Assembly: GCA_012295275.1 (NCBI GenBank)
Contig: CM022665.1
Location: 8,928,001 to 8,992,000 of the forward strand
Length of the DNA stretch: 64,000 nt
From: Chrysomallon squamiferum
Taxonomy: Eukaryota; Animalia; Mollusca
Direction: 5' to 3'
Below are positions 34,191-48,754 of the stretch, piece after piece (position 1 is the stretch's first letter; each line of letters opens with the position of its first letter). Under the pieces are notes generated by a model, which ran no database searches, had not been told where the DNA came from, and was given only the letters and a program-made list of their open reading frames with translations. Made by a program: the position numbers and the translations under genes.

Positions 34191-37100
34191 TTATCTTCAT
34201 TATTGTAACTGTATAATTTTTATATTTATATATAACAGTGTCTTTTTTTTCTTTTCTTTTCATTATTATTACTTGCAGCAATCAGTAAAACCAGGGCATA
34301 GATTTTTTACTGGCGCGAATTTTCAGCGTGTTCGGACACAGTCCGCATTGTAAGGAACAAAGAAAATGTTCGCAAGCCAAAAGCTATTGTGCATAATTGA
34401 ACACGCACTATGGGTCCAAATTTCAAATATTAAAAACTCATATAACCAGTACGGCGTAGCATAACTACACGTCAGGCATGCGACTATCTTTATATTCTTA
34501 AGTCGACTAAGTGACCCTTATTAAGTATAGGTTATTACAGTCGATGCGGTCCAGCTTGCAATGTAATCATCTCCTGTTTAGCTGGTCTAGCAAACAACTA
34601 GAAACATTAGTAACAGTTGAACCGATATGAAACACATGTAGTCCAGTTACTTACAACTGTCGGAATGGTTTTATAGACTGATCACGTTAATGCATTTTCT
34701 GTAAATTACCGTTAAAACAATCGTCTATATATAGTTTCACAGGTCTAATACATAACTTATAATGTTATAAACATTTGTGCTGATCGGAAATACTCACAAA
34801 CCTGTCATTAATCGCTTAACAGATCTATGAAAAAAACCCACACAGTGTTTGTTGTTTTATTGTCATACTTTATTATTAGCAAAGACTGGTAGCTATAATA
34901 AAACAATGACTTGCAAGTAGGCGTACATGAAATGTGTTTATACCACCGCATTTTAAAGTATCGTTTCTGAAGTATTAAAGTTTCTTTATTCTCCATAAAT
35001 TATCTGATATGTATTCTACGTAAACACAATTAGTTTTTAAATAATATCCTTTTAGACCGTTTCTTTATACGAGCAAAGGTACATTACAACTGTCAAGATG
35101 GTTTAACATTCTGATACAGACAGATATACACGGTTTAGGTTACAGTATAATCATCAACAGTTTAGATTGTCGGAGCTGATGAAAACAAAGATAAACCGGT
35201 CGTTAACTCATAAGCCGATTTCAAACACGTAGGCCTAGATACGTGACTTTTCATTTAACTAGAGACGTTATTAACAATCAAGTCATACCGAAACAAACAC
35301 AGACCAGTCCAATTCTGTTCAGCAGGTCTTGCTTCGTGTTAAATTAAGTATTAAGTATTAAATATAAAGCCTATTTCTTCTATCCAAATGAGCGATATCA
35401 TTAATTATTAATACAACAGTAACAACAACAAACAAACACAAAATAAATAAATAAAAAACCTAATAATTAAAAATAATAATAATAATAATAAATAAATAAA
35501 TAAACAAATAAATAAATAAATAAATAAAAATACAACATTTTTTTTTTTTAAAGAATTTTAAAAACTGCAACAACACGATTACTATTATTTAAAAGAATGG
35601 TAAGATTATGTCCGGAAATTCTGTAGGTAGATAAATTAGAATTACTGTCACTTATACAAGACATTTAAAGTATATAATTGTTGACTGTTGTTATATGCTT
35701 AATAACATGATTTAGGGCAACAATTCTTAATAATGATCTGGCTGATTCTTCATATTCTATCACGTTTATTAACAGTAGTTTGGGACTAACAATCGGTCTC
35801 CTTGAACCAGCTTGGTTTCAATTCAATTTAACAGGCACCGTGGTGTTTCAGCACAGATTAATGATACTTATTATGAAAATAAATGGTCTAGCACAGTTTT
35901 TAAACGAATTAGATTTTCATTAGTTTTCCACTATAGTATTAGGCGTTTTGCACGTTCATGAGCTAAAAACGAGTACATTGTGAGAAAATCTTATTATCAG
36001 CATCCATTTTGTGTGGGTCATGATTGGAAAAAAAAAAAAAAAAAAAATCGTTACTATTAATCAGTTCAAATAGCAGAACATCTGTGGATGTTTGTGATCG
36101 AAATCTGACCCTAGATACATTGAGATGTTAACCGATGTTAAAGAGTGGATTCGTTATGTGGAATAATGTAGTTATATCCCTTCGTTAGGTTCTAATATCT
36201 GTTTGTTAGAAATCGGATGTATTGCGATAAGCAAACAAAGAGCAAGCAAACAAAGACATTAAACAAACAAACAATCAAGCAAGCAAACAAACAAATACAA
36301 TATCAAGGCAATCAACCAAACAAACAAGCATAGATATAGATAAATAAATAAATATATAAATAGATATAGATAAATAAATAAATAAAAGTAGACAAATCGT
36401 CATTAAAATAATAAAACTGTAAAATGTACGTAAAAGATTATCATAACTTCACCCACTGGGCTGTTTCCCATTCCAGGTAATACCACACAACTCTGCGTGT
36501 GCGTTTGTGCGTTCTGAACAAATGTTTGGTGAACGGTTGCATACTGTGTTACTGTAATTACGTCTACTTCTGTCCAAGACTGAACATCGACCACATTTAA
36601 CAGGATGTAAATAATTTATCTTTGCAGCAGTCATGAAATCTGCTCGTTAGTTAGCGAGAGCAACAACTCACGATATAACCCACTGATTATAATGTTTCAC
36701 TTTAAATGGCTTTCTTTCGTTGTGCAGCATAATTTCTACTTTAGAGCTTTCTACAGACTCACTTAAGCGAACATCGTCAAACCCATGAAAACTACTTAAA
36801 AACCAATGACTGTGATTTGTTAATGTCAAATTATTTATTGGTTCTCATATAATATAGATTAGAAGAAGGAATCCGAAGAATCTGGGCAACGTACTGATGT
36901 GGATGAGCAGCGGAAAATCCATTACTAATAATGTAAAAACATTAAATTAATATCCTGCATTACGTCAACACATTGTTTTTCGTACGTATTGCAAAATCAA
37001 ATAAGCATATAAGGAACAATGATACTGGAGAGTGTATGAGGAAGTAGGTTGGAGGAAACACTTAATGACAAATGTAAATCTACACAACATATATGTGTGG

Positions 37101-40100
37101 GTTGACTTCAACGAAATTAAAATATTAGAGTGACAATACGGAACAATTCCATTGCTGAACGTAATTGTAAAAATAATCAAGGGAAAAACAAACTACACGG
37201 GAAAATGGTATCCACAGCATTTTCAGAAGCAGTTTTTATCGTTAATTATATTAAACATATTGAAATTTTTAAAAACATTTTGTGGGTTTTTTTTTAAAGA
37301 AAAAAAAAAAGAAAAAAAGAATAGAACAGAATAGAATAATATAAAATAAATAATAAAAATAAAAATAAAGAAAACAGTTCTTTGCTGAAGGGAATTTTTA
37401 ACACTTGGGTCATCTTCGCGCTGTTGCCTACAGTCGTAAACAGTCGCTGCAGTTGCATTCCAAATATAGCTTTTTTTGAGTTGACTTTTGGCTTTATTTA
37501 AATTCACAACATTCTAAACGCTAACAGTTGTGAACACACGCCTGTATTTTCTTTATCATTATCATTATATTACCTTTAAGACCATTGTTTTACAGTAGTT
37601 CTTCGATTATACTGAATATCTCTGACATGCAGTTACTGAATTAAATGGATCGGTATTAAAATCAAATTAATAGAATATTACAGCGTTGACAGTAATTCAT
37701 TAATAGTGCTTGTTAATGCTACAGCTACATATAAAAAGGTTTCACATACTCTTTTAAATGATCATGGCATTATTTATTGGATTCTGTTGTTCTGAAACCT
37801 ATACAATATACCTATCACGGATCCACGAGATGCATTATTACAATTTCCGATGAGTGGTTTACAACTAGGAATAGGATTCACCTTTAGAAACTATCGATAT
37901 TTGATTTCGTATTAAAAGAACTAAATAAGAACAAATTTGCCAGTTAAATAGCTGGCGCGAACGACCGCCGACTAACAAGACAATTATATCTATCTACAGT
38001 TTAACAACTGTCAGACATCGACTGAATCCCATTTATCGATTGTGAATACAGACATCGCTGTCTTTCTGACAGATGCATGAGCAAATCACATGCTTCAGGC
38101 TTCCGTCCACTTACAGAACATGGTGATTTCTATCAAATATTTTTCTGTCAACAGGACACTAACTGTCGTGCATTATAAAAGTGTGTAGTCGATTTCGACG
38201 ATTGGCTGACATTCAGCCGTCACAACTGATTAATGTGTACAATGAAAAAGGATGTAATAAAATGACACTGGTCATGACATTTTATTACAGTACAGGGATA
38301 AATCAAATTTTTGATTTGAATTCAAAGTTTCCGAATTTTATATTAAAAACCTTCTTTCAGATTTTCTTTCAAAATGTGTAATAATTCTGCTGAAAATGAC
38401 TAAATGAAAATAGCAAAGAAAGAAGTTAAAATTCTAAATACAAAAGAGCGAAAGACAGAGAGAAAACTTCATTATTAAAAATAAATAAATAATGTTCTAA
38501 AATAGGACATTGAAACAAATAATAATTTTAAGAATAAAAGCATTTTAACAAAGAACCCACAAAAAACAACAAAAAAACAACAACACATTTGATACATAAT
38601 ATTAACTAAAGGAGACACTATCTCAGACGTGTTTTAAAACTGTACAGTTTGCTCGTACTGAAAACATTCCATTGTGGTGTTGATGTAGGTGAAGCGGGCT
38701 ACTATTTACCTCACTTCGCAGTTCCGTGTCGCAATCCGATGCAAACACTGTCTGTGTTTGCCAGCTCGCACTCTTCAAACAGAACACATGCAGCACAGCT
38801 AAAATAGTTCATCCCCCATCTTCGTGTTGTTCGGCTTTGTTTGACCTTGTATCATTTTCTCTGACAATTTGTCCAGGTAACACTCGCCTGGCGACAAATC
38901 AGTATTGAGAAGGAAGAAAAAGAGCTTCACCTCGGCAGTGAGACCCAATGTCACATCATTGCCATGGAGTTGTTACAAAGTAAATAAATATATCAGTTTC
39001 TACACACTGGTACACGTCTTGTACATAAAAAGTCAAAAGCAAAAAAAAAAGGAAAAAGGAAAAAAAAAATTCAAATTGAAAACAAAAAACAAATCAAAAC
39101 AGCTAAAAATAAAACCCATTACAAACAAATAAAGAAATAAAATACATCTCAGTTTCAAATAGAATTTAAAAAAATAATAATAAATTTAAAAAAATTGATA
39201 CAGACACACATTCGCAACAAACAACATAAAATAAATTATTTAAAATAAAATTCTCTCTCTCTCTCTCTCTCATACTTTCACATCGATATATTCTATTTTT
39301 CATTTTCTTGATCCTTTATTCCCCCCCATACTCTGTCATCCTAACATATTACTTTCACATCTATATGTTATATATAACTGCTTATAATAAATCGGAATCA
39401 GTAATAAAATAATTGTATGTGACGTATATATACAACTGCGTGTGTAAGCGTAGATCATTCTTATTAAATAATAATTTGCTTTCAACAACACCGTGCATGC
39501 GTTTTTAATCGAAAAAGATTTCTCTCAGAATCGCATACAATCAAACTTAATACTTGCGACAGAAAAAGAAACATGGATATCGTCAATAAGGATATTTTTT
39601 TTGTCGCTTTGACCTCCGTATTTATGTTTTATGCAAACGAAGTAGAACAGCATCAACAACAACAACAACAACGAATAGTATAAAATACAACAACTCATGT
39701 CACTTCTTTGTTATGATATATAGGTTTGTGCGTTATATATATGTTTTCAATGACGTAAATATCAAACGGGTTTCTAAGACACCACTTTTGTATTTCACGT
39801 CCAGGTATCGCATAATATTGGACTCGAATTATTGAACATGGAGAGAGGGAGAGAGAAAGAAGAAAAAAAGCCCACCAGTGTACGTTGCAAATTAGGCATA
39901 GTGTGTATTAGATTAAGATAATCTGTTAACAAGAGACTTTGCAAACCGCTACGTCCAATGGTTTGTATAGAACCTGTCGACGCTTGTTATTCTCAGTCGC
40001 TATTGAAATCAGCTCATAAATAACAGTTGCAAGTTGGCAGAAAAGTCTGGAAGTTGCTTCAGTTTTTAAATCCACAAGAAATTTGAAAAACAGCAACAAC

Positions 40101-40101
40101 A

Positions 40102-40116
40102 ATGTCCGACGACGAG
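40102..40116 (+). CDS. Candidate alternative first coding exon (MSDDE), probably of ERR
   Basis: acaATGTCCGACGACGAG|gtgagt: good start context and consensus donor in phase 0, compatible with the phase-0 acceptor at 56046. CCAAT (~39956) and TATA-like CATAAATA (~40015) lie upstream. Confidence 0.5.
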
Positions 40117-41065
40117 GTGAGTTTAAATTTTAATATACTGGGATTGAGCCTTTTTTAAACCGATACATTTCATAAATAGTCGAGTTATAATAATTATGTT
40201 CATGTATGCATTTCCAGCCAATACGGATATGTATTTAGTTTATGATAGAATTATATTCATTTCAGGATTAAACTGCATCTACATCTGAGATAAGACATTT
40301 GATATGTTTCATATTGTTATATTTCATAAACGATAGTAGCATTGCTTTTAATTTCATGTTTATATACACAAGCTGTTTTGGAAATGGGTAATCTGCGGTT
40401 TATGTCATCAAAATAATTATATATGCAAATGAAAAAGGAAAAAAAAAGAAAAAAAGGAAATTGCTCTCTCATACTGACACTAACAAATCTAAAATTTGTA
40501 TCCACGACGAAATCAGTAACACTAGCTTAGAACAATCTTTATTTATCATTTGAAATAATATATGAAACTACAGCTTACAACTCTGCATCGAGAAATTTCA
40601 AATGTTAAGCAGCCTACATGTATGAGTGCGTGTGCGTTCGCGCGCGCATTCCACTGGATGTATGAACCTATATATGTTTTTATGTGTGTGTGTTATAGTG
40701 TTTACGTTTGTATGTATGGGTGTGTGTATAAAACTATACCTACATCATGAAATTTGATGTAAATAAGATTCGAACTTTGTACCCAGTAGTTTTGAACTTA
40801 GTGACATCGTATCTGCAAATCAGGGTAAAATGTATTCATTTAATTATATGTGTCAGATAAACTAACTTTGACATACAAACTGCACGATAATAACTATGTT
40901 TAATTAGTTCGTACAAAATGTACACCCATTCAGTATAAAGGCCACCACTGTTCGTCTGCAGTTTGATTAGTCATTTATTTGCTTGTATAAGATTCTTTTC
41001 ACTCAAGAAAGTTTGTGTTTGTTTCTAGCATAGACCGGTAATAATTTGTCCAGTTTGCCACGATA

Positions 41066-41155
41066 CACCATCATCATCACCATTACCTCCACTACAACCA
41101 CTATTATAATAACGACAACATCATTATTACTACTACTATTACAACTACAACTATG

Positions 41156-41187
<32 letters not shown>

Positions 41188-41525
41188 CACCACTATTACT
41201 ATTACGGCAACAATAATTATTCTAACTACTTATGCTACTACTATTACTACTGCTATTATAATAACTATTGTAACAACTTTTGCTACTACTATTACTATTA
41301 CTATATCTATTACAATACCTATTGTAGCTACTTTTGCTACTCCTATTACTATTACTACTGATATTACGATAACTATTCTACTATTACTATTATCACTATA
41401 CTGTTACTAGTACTACTACTACTACAATTACTAATACTACTATCACTATTATTACTCCTCCTCCTCCTACTACTACTATTACGGTTACTGTTGTTATCAT
41501 TATGATCACAACTGTTACTACTGCT
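41066..41525. repeat. Degenerate (ACT/ATT)n trinucleotide tract
   Basis: Imperfect array; explains the Thr/Ile-rich spurious ORF at 41153-41410. Confidence 0.85.
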
Positions 41526-41904
41526 GTGCATTATGCACTTATCATATTTAACACAGTAACATGTATTTGAAGTCAGTTTTGATGAGGAGTGTGATAACGG
41601 GTTATTATAAATATAAAAGGCTATACGTATACTGATATTGCATCATTCTGTTGAACGTGAACTTTTTACCTATATCACAGGGCACAGAAATATGTGGGAC
41701 AGAATGATAAATCGAAACTACCAACAATCGTATCGAAAACCTGATCATAATTAACTAGGTTATTTAATTTTGTATGTGTTTGGATATGCGTGTGGATATG
41801 CGTGTTTATGAGAGATAAGCAGTGTAAAAGACAGATATGCAGGTAGATATAAACACAGACAGACAATTAGGTAAGTAGATCGATCGATCGATAGATAGAC
41901 ATAC

Positions 41905-41907
<3 letters not shown>

Positions 41908-41992
<85 letters not shown>
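41908..41992. repeat. (GA)n microsatellite
   Basis: Directly visible; a compound (GT)(AT)(GA) tract also lies at ~48666-48752. Confidence 0.95.
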
Positions 41993-41995
<3 letters not shown>

Positions 41996-43309
41996 ATATA
42001 AACATAAGTTTAATTTTAAATAGATTGCCTGATCGTCCATCTCAAAATAATATTTGGAAATGATGGCAGGCAAGATGATCTTAATGGTATAAATGTACCT
42101 TAAAGTACATATCTCAAGCACAAAAATAGATGTTTTATTAAGCATTACAAGACGACATTGTTTTCAGACAAGCCAATTACTTGTATATCCTCCGTTGAGT
42201 CTAAAAGCACCAATATAATCCGTCTATTGAAATATGATAATGTATCTAGTTATGGACCTTCCTTAGGTGACTGACCTAAATGTGTATGATTGTAGATCAG
42301 ATTTTGTTAGTGACACTTCGTGTATTCATATTCCTTTTGCTGCGCACAATTAAACAGCCAAAACAAAATGCGCTGGATATATTTCGTGTTTTGATGTGGT
42401 AGATATCAGATATATCATACCGAATTATTATACCACACAACTCATAACAAACGAAGTCCGAAAAGGTTGTATGAGATATGGTTGAGAGAACAAGGTACTA
42501 GTAGGCGGCGAATTTTATTTTATTATTATTCTTTTTTTTAATTAGGTGAAGAAAAAAAATCGAATAAACAGCAACAAACAATTAAAATACTTATATTACT
42601 ACTACTACTACTACTACTACTACTAATAATAATAATAATAATACATATATACATACATTATTGACAAGAAAAAAAAAAAAAAAAAAAAAAAAAACGTACA
42701 CATATACACATACAAGAAAAACTACAAATAACTTTCCCAGAAATATAACACCACTTTAGTTATTGAGTTTTTGTGATGAGTTGTGTTTAGTTTTCAAATT
42801 TATTTTTAAGACAGTCGTATCTGTTGCAACCTACTTATGGAAATAAGTGTCACATTTATACTTTCTTAAATGCCAAAATGTTATTACAATATATATATAT
42901 ATATATATATAAAAACTTTTGTGAACTGAACACAACAAGATGTACTAAAAATTATGAATTTGTATAGTGGTAACTTTGTATATTCATAAAGTTAGGCTAA
43001 ATTAAATGTAACCATAAAAAGGTCATGCTTTAAGATTTGATAATAAAACTAGACGTCGCCAGGGGGGTTTGTGGATGAATAAACACGGAATCAGACCCCA
43101 GAATCAATACAATGTGAAAAACACAAAGACTGCTTCAGAAATGGTAAATTTAATATTTTATAAGAGATAGGTTTCAGTACAGGGGAAGGAAAAAAAAAAA
43201 AAAAAAATAATTAAAAAATTAGTTAAAATTAAATAAAATTTAAAAAATAAAACTTAATTATTATATATAAATATACGAACACATGAAAAAGAAACAGGTT
43301 TTAGATCAC

Positions 43310-43354
43310 CAGTTAGAGGCATGCTGTGGCTTGAGTGGTCGTAGGATCGATCCT
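43310..43354 (+). mobile_element. Short remnant of a tRNA-derived SINE head
   Basis: GTGGTCGTAGGATCGATCCTC resembles a pol III B-box (GGTTCGATCC). There is no complete tRNA cloverleaf. Confidence 0.3.
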
Positions 43355-44362
43355 CTTTTGTTATTACGTTTGTAGTGTTGTTGCTTGTTTCAGCAAGAAT
43401 CTTAAGACAAGTTTGTTATTGGTTATGGTTTCTTGTCTGTTGTAAAGTGCATAAAAAGATTTCATGTTGCTAATACATAAGAATAGTCTCTTAACATCAT
43501 TACACAAACAGACAGAAAGAATGACAACCATATAAATAGAAAAATAGGCAAACAGAAATACTGATAAATAAACAAATAAAAACAGCAACAACAACAACGT
43601 ATGTTTGATATCTTAATAATAAAATATGGTATTGTTAAACAAATAATAATTCATTGACATTTTTAGCAGTTCTTGCATAAACGGTTCAGTTGTTGAATAT
43701 TTTTATCCAGGTAACGGATCACGGTCATTAAACACATAATAGGCATTAACCATTTTTTGTTGAGGCTGAAAGTGAAACGCTCTTAGGTGGTAACTGACAC
43801 CTCTTTTCTTTAGATGGACACCTCATGTAATTCATTGCTTGCAGCTTATTAAGCTGGAGGCTGTTACTACAATCTTAACGTCCTACGTTTCGCTGGGGTT
43901 GCTAATGTAAGGCCAAAGTTCAAGAGGTTTGCTCCAAACGTTTTAAGAATATAACTCGATACCGTTCGTAGAAAAAGAAAATCACAGCACAGTTTATGAG
44001 TTTAGCTTGCTGAATGAATTACTTAACTATAGTTGTGTCAAATGTTGTTTTGTAAGAATTGTTCCGGATTAAAGTTGTCATAAGAATCATTGTTAACATG
44101 TTATTACTTGTCAGCTGTAAGAACTTCACAAAACAATCTGGAAGTTTGATAGCTTTAATAAAATTTAAAGCAAAAAAAATAATCATAAAAAAAAAATAAA
44201 AAAATAAAAATAATAATGATAAATAAATATTTGATATCTTTGACAGAACAAAAACTGTTTAATGCCTTTAATGGCAACAATAACAAAATATATTCTATGT
44301 GTAAAGAAACACAAAACAAAAAATAATGTCGCTAGTTATCATAATTTTATTATAATAATAAA

Positions 44363-44596
44363 GCAGGTGCGAATCCAGGGATGATCGAGGGGGAGTCTGT
44401 AATCCATCCCATTTGACGTCAAATTGTTTTGTCACTCAGTTTAAAGTGCGTTTCTGTAGACCTATGCATTTTACTTTATCTTTAGCACTTAAGTTTTCTT
44501 TCTTTTCTTATTTCATAAAAAAATTCCGGTGCTTTTGATAAGGTTTTTGCTACAGTCCCCGCATACCCACAGTTAAATTATTTTCCATCCATGCCT
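44363..44596. mobile_element. Degenerate MITE-like element
   Basis: Begins CAGGTGCGAATCCAGG and ends CCATCCATGCCTG, i.e. imperfect terminal inverted repeats around a ~230 bp non-coding body. Confidence 0.35.
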
Positions 44597-47500
44597 GTAA
44601 AAGCAAAATGTAAAATAATAAATCATGTTAAATATCCTAATGTCTAAATTGCTACATTTATTTCCTGAAGGTAAACTAAACAGCCACACAATAAAGTCAT
44701 TGTAAAAAATGAATTTCTTTCTGTATTCATAAAATGTAATAATAAAATTCAGATTTTATTTTAAAATTATGCGGCCGCGGTGTAGCTATCTACCAGGAAG
44801 TTGTGATTCTATTATCTGACCCAGTTTACAGGCTCCTCTGTTCAGCTCTGTTCAGAATTTTACTTTTAAATGCAACTATTAATAGTTTCGAAAATGATTA
44901 ATAATTTCCTTTTTTCTGAGTCAGCAGGTTTCTTCCTTGTCCACTGATTTTAAAATATTAAAAATTTTGATTAAAATTTAAAAAATAAGAAATAATAATA
45001 TGAAACTGTATTTTTAATATATCGTGGGTGTCTGAAAGCGATATTTACTTTACTTCAGACGTATCACTTCAACAGTATTATTTCATGACAAACGTAATTT
45101 TAAACATCGTAATATGGATTTGATATTTAATCGGTTATTCGGTTTAGTTTTAAGATTTCATTAAATGCGTATTGTGTAAGCTTTTCATTGCAAGCAAGCG
45201 TAACAAATGTAAACTAAATAAGCTGATATAATCAGAATACGATCTATGGTTACATAGTTGCTTATGTGTGCTAAATATGATCCAGATACTGAAACGACTG
45301 CCAGGTTAAACCTTTCCAATCCGGCCAACGACCGTAACACACAAACAGTTCTGAAGATCTATTCAAATCGTCGTGTGTACGATCATAGTTTTGTCATTCA
45401 GTCAGTGAAGCGAATCTTCAAAATAAATATTCATGGTTGAGATTTCTTTTTACGTAAACAAAAATATTGTTTTCTGTCTTGTCATGGGCATTCAGGGTTT
45501 GTGCCGCGTTTAGAATAGATCTCGCCCTCTAAATCAAACCTTTAATTGTACAGCCACTTCAGAGAAGACTCACAAGGCAAACTGTATTGACCTATGATAC
45601 GAAAATAAATAGTTTTATGACTTAAAGTGTATAACAGTTAACATATCTATCTCAGTCACTTAGTATTTTTCTTTAAACTTAAAATAATACGGAAATACCC
45701 ACAGCCAAACAAATACGAATGACAGAAAGAAAGAAAAATGCATTACTTATTAATTCATTAACATCATTATAATTAATCTTTCTGAATGCTGAATTAAATA
45801 AATACATAAATAAATATATATAATATAATAAAATATAATATAATATAAAAAATAATAATATTTATTATGTTAATAGTCATACTGATCATTTTATTATTGC
45901 AAACATTTCAAACAAAATTAGATATTTTTTTTGCAAAGATAATTCAAATGAAACCAATTTATTTGCACTGTTTCCTATTGCTTTTGTTAAATAAATAAAT
46001 AAATGTTTGAATGAATGAATGAATTAATTAATTAATGGATAAAACTATATAAATAAATTAATCGAAACTATTTTAAAAGATGCCAACTACGACAGTAATA
46101 AAAGCAAATAATACCGAACTAACGTATCTAGTAAATCTGTGATGTGCTTAATGGCCTAATCATATGTCAGTGTATTTCATGTCAACATAAAAAGCGCAAA
46201 ATCTGGTCACGACGTCCGGGGCAGTTACTTAAAGGAAGCATGAAAACCGTGACAGCAGTGCAGTTCTACGCATGCGGTGTTGTATACCCAGCGTAAAGTG
46301 AGTTTGAAAACATAAAACACAAAAGATTTGTTAAAAAAAAAAAAAAAAAAACATACGATTACCGTACATTACTGAATATAAGTCCCCGAAGATTTCGGTC
46401 AACTCTAAAAATAATATAATAAAGTAAAAAATAAAATAAAATAAAATAAAAAATAAATAAATAAATAAAAAAATTAGCAATTCTCCGAACACTTTCTTTA
46501 CACTTATGTACCGATACCGCCATTTTTTTTTCTCTCTCTCTTTATATTACAGTATAATGCAGGTCAAAGAAAAGTAACCATAAATACAAAATTTCTTTAA
46601 TTTTAGTTTGACACTGGTATCTGATCTTATATTTTCAATATTTTTTAACTCTGACACATTTTTGGGGGTTGCCACTAAATTCTTAAAGCAAGTTTTAGAA
46701 ATTTATATTTGAGAAATTAAATGCTTTTTCTTTAATATATTAACACTATAAACTGAAGATTGAAATTTAAAACGTGTCTAGACATTGAATCATAAATTAA
46801 ATAGTTACGGCATCTATTTTTTTGCCTTTAGCTTACGTTTTACTTGCACGACAGCTGTCAGTAAAACTTGGCTTAGCCTGCAGGTGAAATACACCCAAGT
46901 AGAATCGAAATGATGCACAATGAGTGATATCGCAAATATCGCAAACATATCTTGATATTGTTTTGTAATGACGAATGCCAGCATGTGTTGATGATGAAGA
47001 TAGTCAGTATTTAATATCTAATGTAAGATTTAAACATTTTATTCAGCTAAACCATCGAACAGTTTTCTTTGACGGTTGGTTGAGAAAGCACTTATTAGTG
47101 GAAGCAGTTTTTAAGCAATGGTTTATTCAAGTTTCATGAATTTCACCAAAAAAAAAAAAAAAAAGTTAAAAAAAAAGGTAAAAAAAAAGAAGAAATCACT
47201 TACTTGCCGGAGGGCCAGGTGGTTTGAGAAATATACTATATACTGGGCAAATAATTTTTGTAATTTTTATTGATTTTTTATTAGCTTGGTTGTTAGGTGT
47301 TTAGAAGATTAATTAAAGAAAGCAGCAATAACAATAATCAAAGTGATATTATGCTTTGAACAGAATAATTAGTCGTTTTAATATGATTTTCACTATTTCG
47401 ATTTGCAAAGGGTATATGCAGTCCCCTAGATTTCTTCCTGAGCAGTTTAGCACTCCGACCCTAGACGTACACATTTTTCTATACATGTACTTACCCCACA

Positions 47501-48046
47501 AAACGCAACAGCCGTTGTGAACTGTGAAATCACTATCACTGAACACATTCTGCGTGTTTCATCGGTCTCCTACTATCCTGCCTAAGTATGATTATTTACG
47601 GTACATGAAAACGAAACTGAACGAAATAAAATGCTGAGATAGAAAATATTAAGTAAATAAAGTTGAGTACAATACTCGGCCGAATTAATTGAAACCGGAC
47701 TAGGCTAACAACAAGTCATGTTTGTATTTTGTGGTATCTTTTAGCATATCTCAGGTAATTTCGTTACCAACTTTTTTCTTTACGGACACGTTCACGGCGT
47801 TCAGTCATTTTTCGAGGATGGGTTGACATATAATGTTGTTGAATGTCATTTTAATTATTTCATTTGTAACAAAACAAGATCTGATGCACTGATAATCTCA
47901 CTAAATTGTACAAGCACATATACTTAATGGATTAAATCTGTTTTTATAATACACTGAAATAATTTTAATTATTTGACCTATATGAAACAGTAGATGTGAA
48001 GAAGAAGAAGAAAAAAAAAAAAATAATAATAAAATCCGCACTCTAA

Positions 48047-48112
48047 CATACACGGATCTATTTTTTGCTGACCCATGTTTTTTCTTTATAAATAAACTCG
48101 TTTCATCTTGAA

Positions 48113-48154
<42 letters not shown>

Positions 48155-48202
48155 CATAATGATGGCGCCATCATTTTGTTTTTTCAAATCCTGGTCCGCC
48201 CC
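48047..48202. mobile_element. Degenerate MITE-like element with internal palindrome
   Basis: CATACACGGATCTA...AAATCCTGGTCCGCCCCT ends, an internal poly-T run and the perfect palindrome AATGATGGCGCCATCATT at 48158-48175. Confidence 0.3.
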
Positions 48203-48502
48203 TAATTAATACAACTATAATAAAACTTTCGTCTCACTGTTTTCCTTTCTTCAAAATAATGTGTTAGTCCACATTTTAACATAATTAGTGCAACAAATTG
48301 AATAAAATGCTGTTGTAATACTTTTTATTGATGTATAACAGTGTTCTGTTGACCTTTCTTTTCTGTGGTACTACACTACCTACTATATAGGAGAAAAAAA
48401 GAAAAGAAAAAACAAACAAACAAACAAAAAAAAACAATCCCAAAACAATAATAAATAAATAAATAAGTAAATAAATAAATAAATAAATAATATTAATAAA
48501 TA

Positions 48503-48533
<31 letters not shown>

Positions 48534-48684
48534 ATTAATAAAAGAAATGAAACAGTGTTTTTAAAACAGATGAGTATTTTATATTGTTACTATATTCATC
48601 TTTAGGAATCTATAGACCAGTAAAAGATATTTCATCAAATAATGCTATTCTTTCAAAAAGAATGCGTGTGTGTGTGTGTGTGTG

Positions 48685-48754
<70 letters not shown>

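Noticed and set aside
34646-35116. Two similar segments translating as VTYNCRNGF and VHYNCQDGL, reminiscent of sushi/CCP domains
   Set aside because: Both are closed by stops within a few codons and lack splice sites and the rest of the domain. They are more likely a short repeated TTACAACTGTC motif.
38877-38987. Plus-strand exon-like frame VTLAWRQISIEKEEKELHLGSETQCHIIAMELLQSK*
   Set aside because: No recognisable homology or supported upstream exon, so it cannot be distinguished from chance.
40098-40116. AACAATGTCCGA(C/T)GA(C/T)GA matches the EEF1AKMT1 start at 9401
   Set aside because: Similarity ends after four codons. An acidic MSDD start with an ACA context is common, and there is no evidence of duplication.
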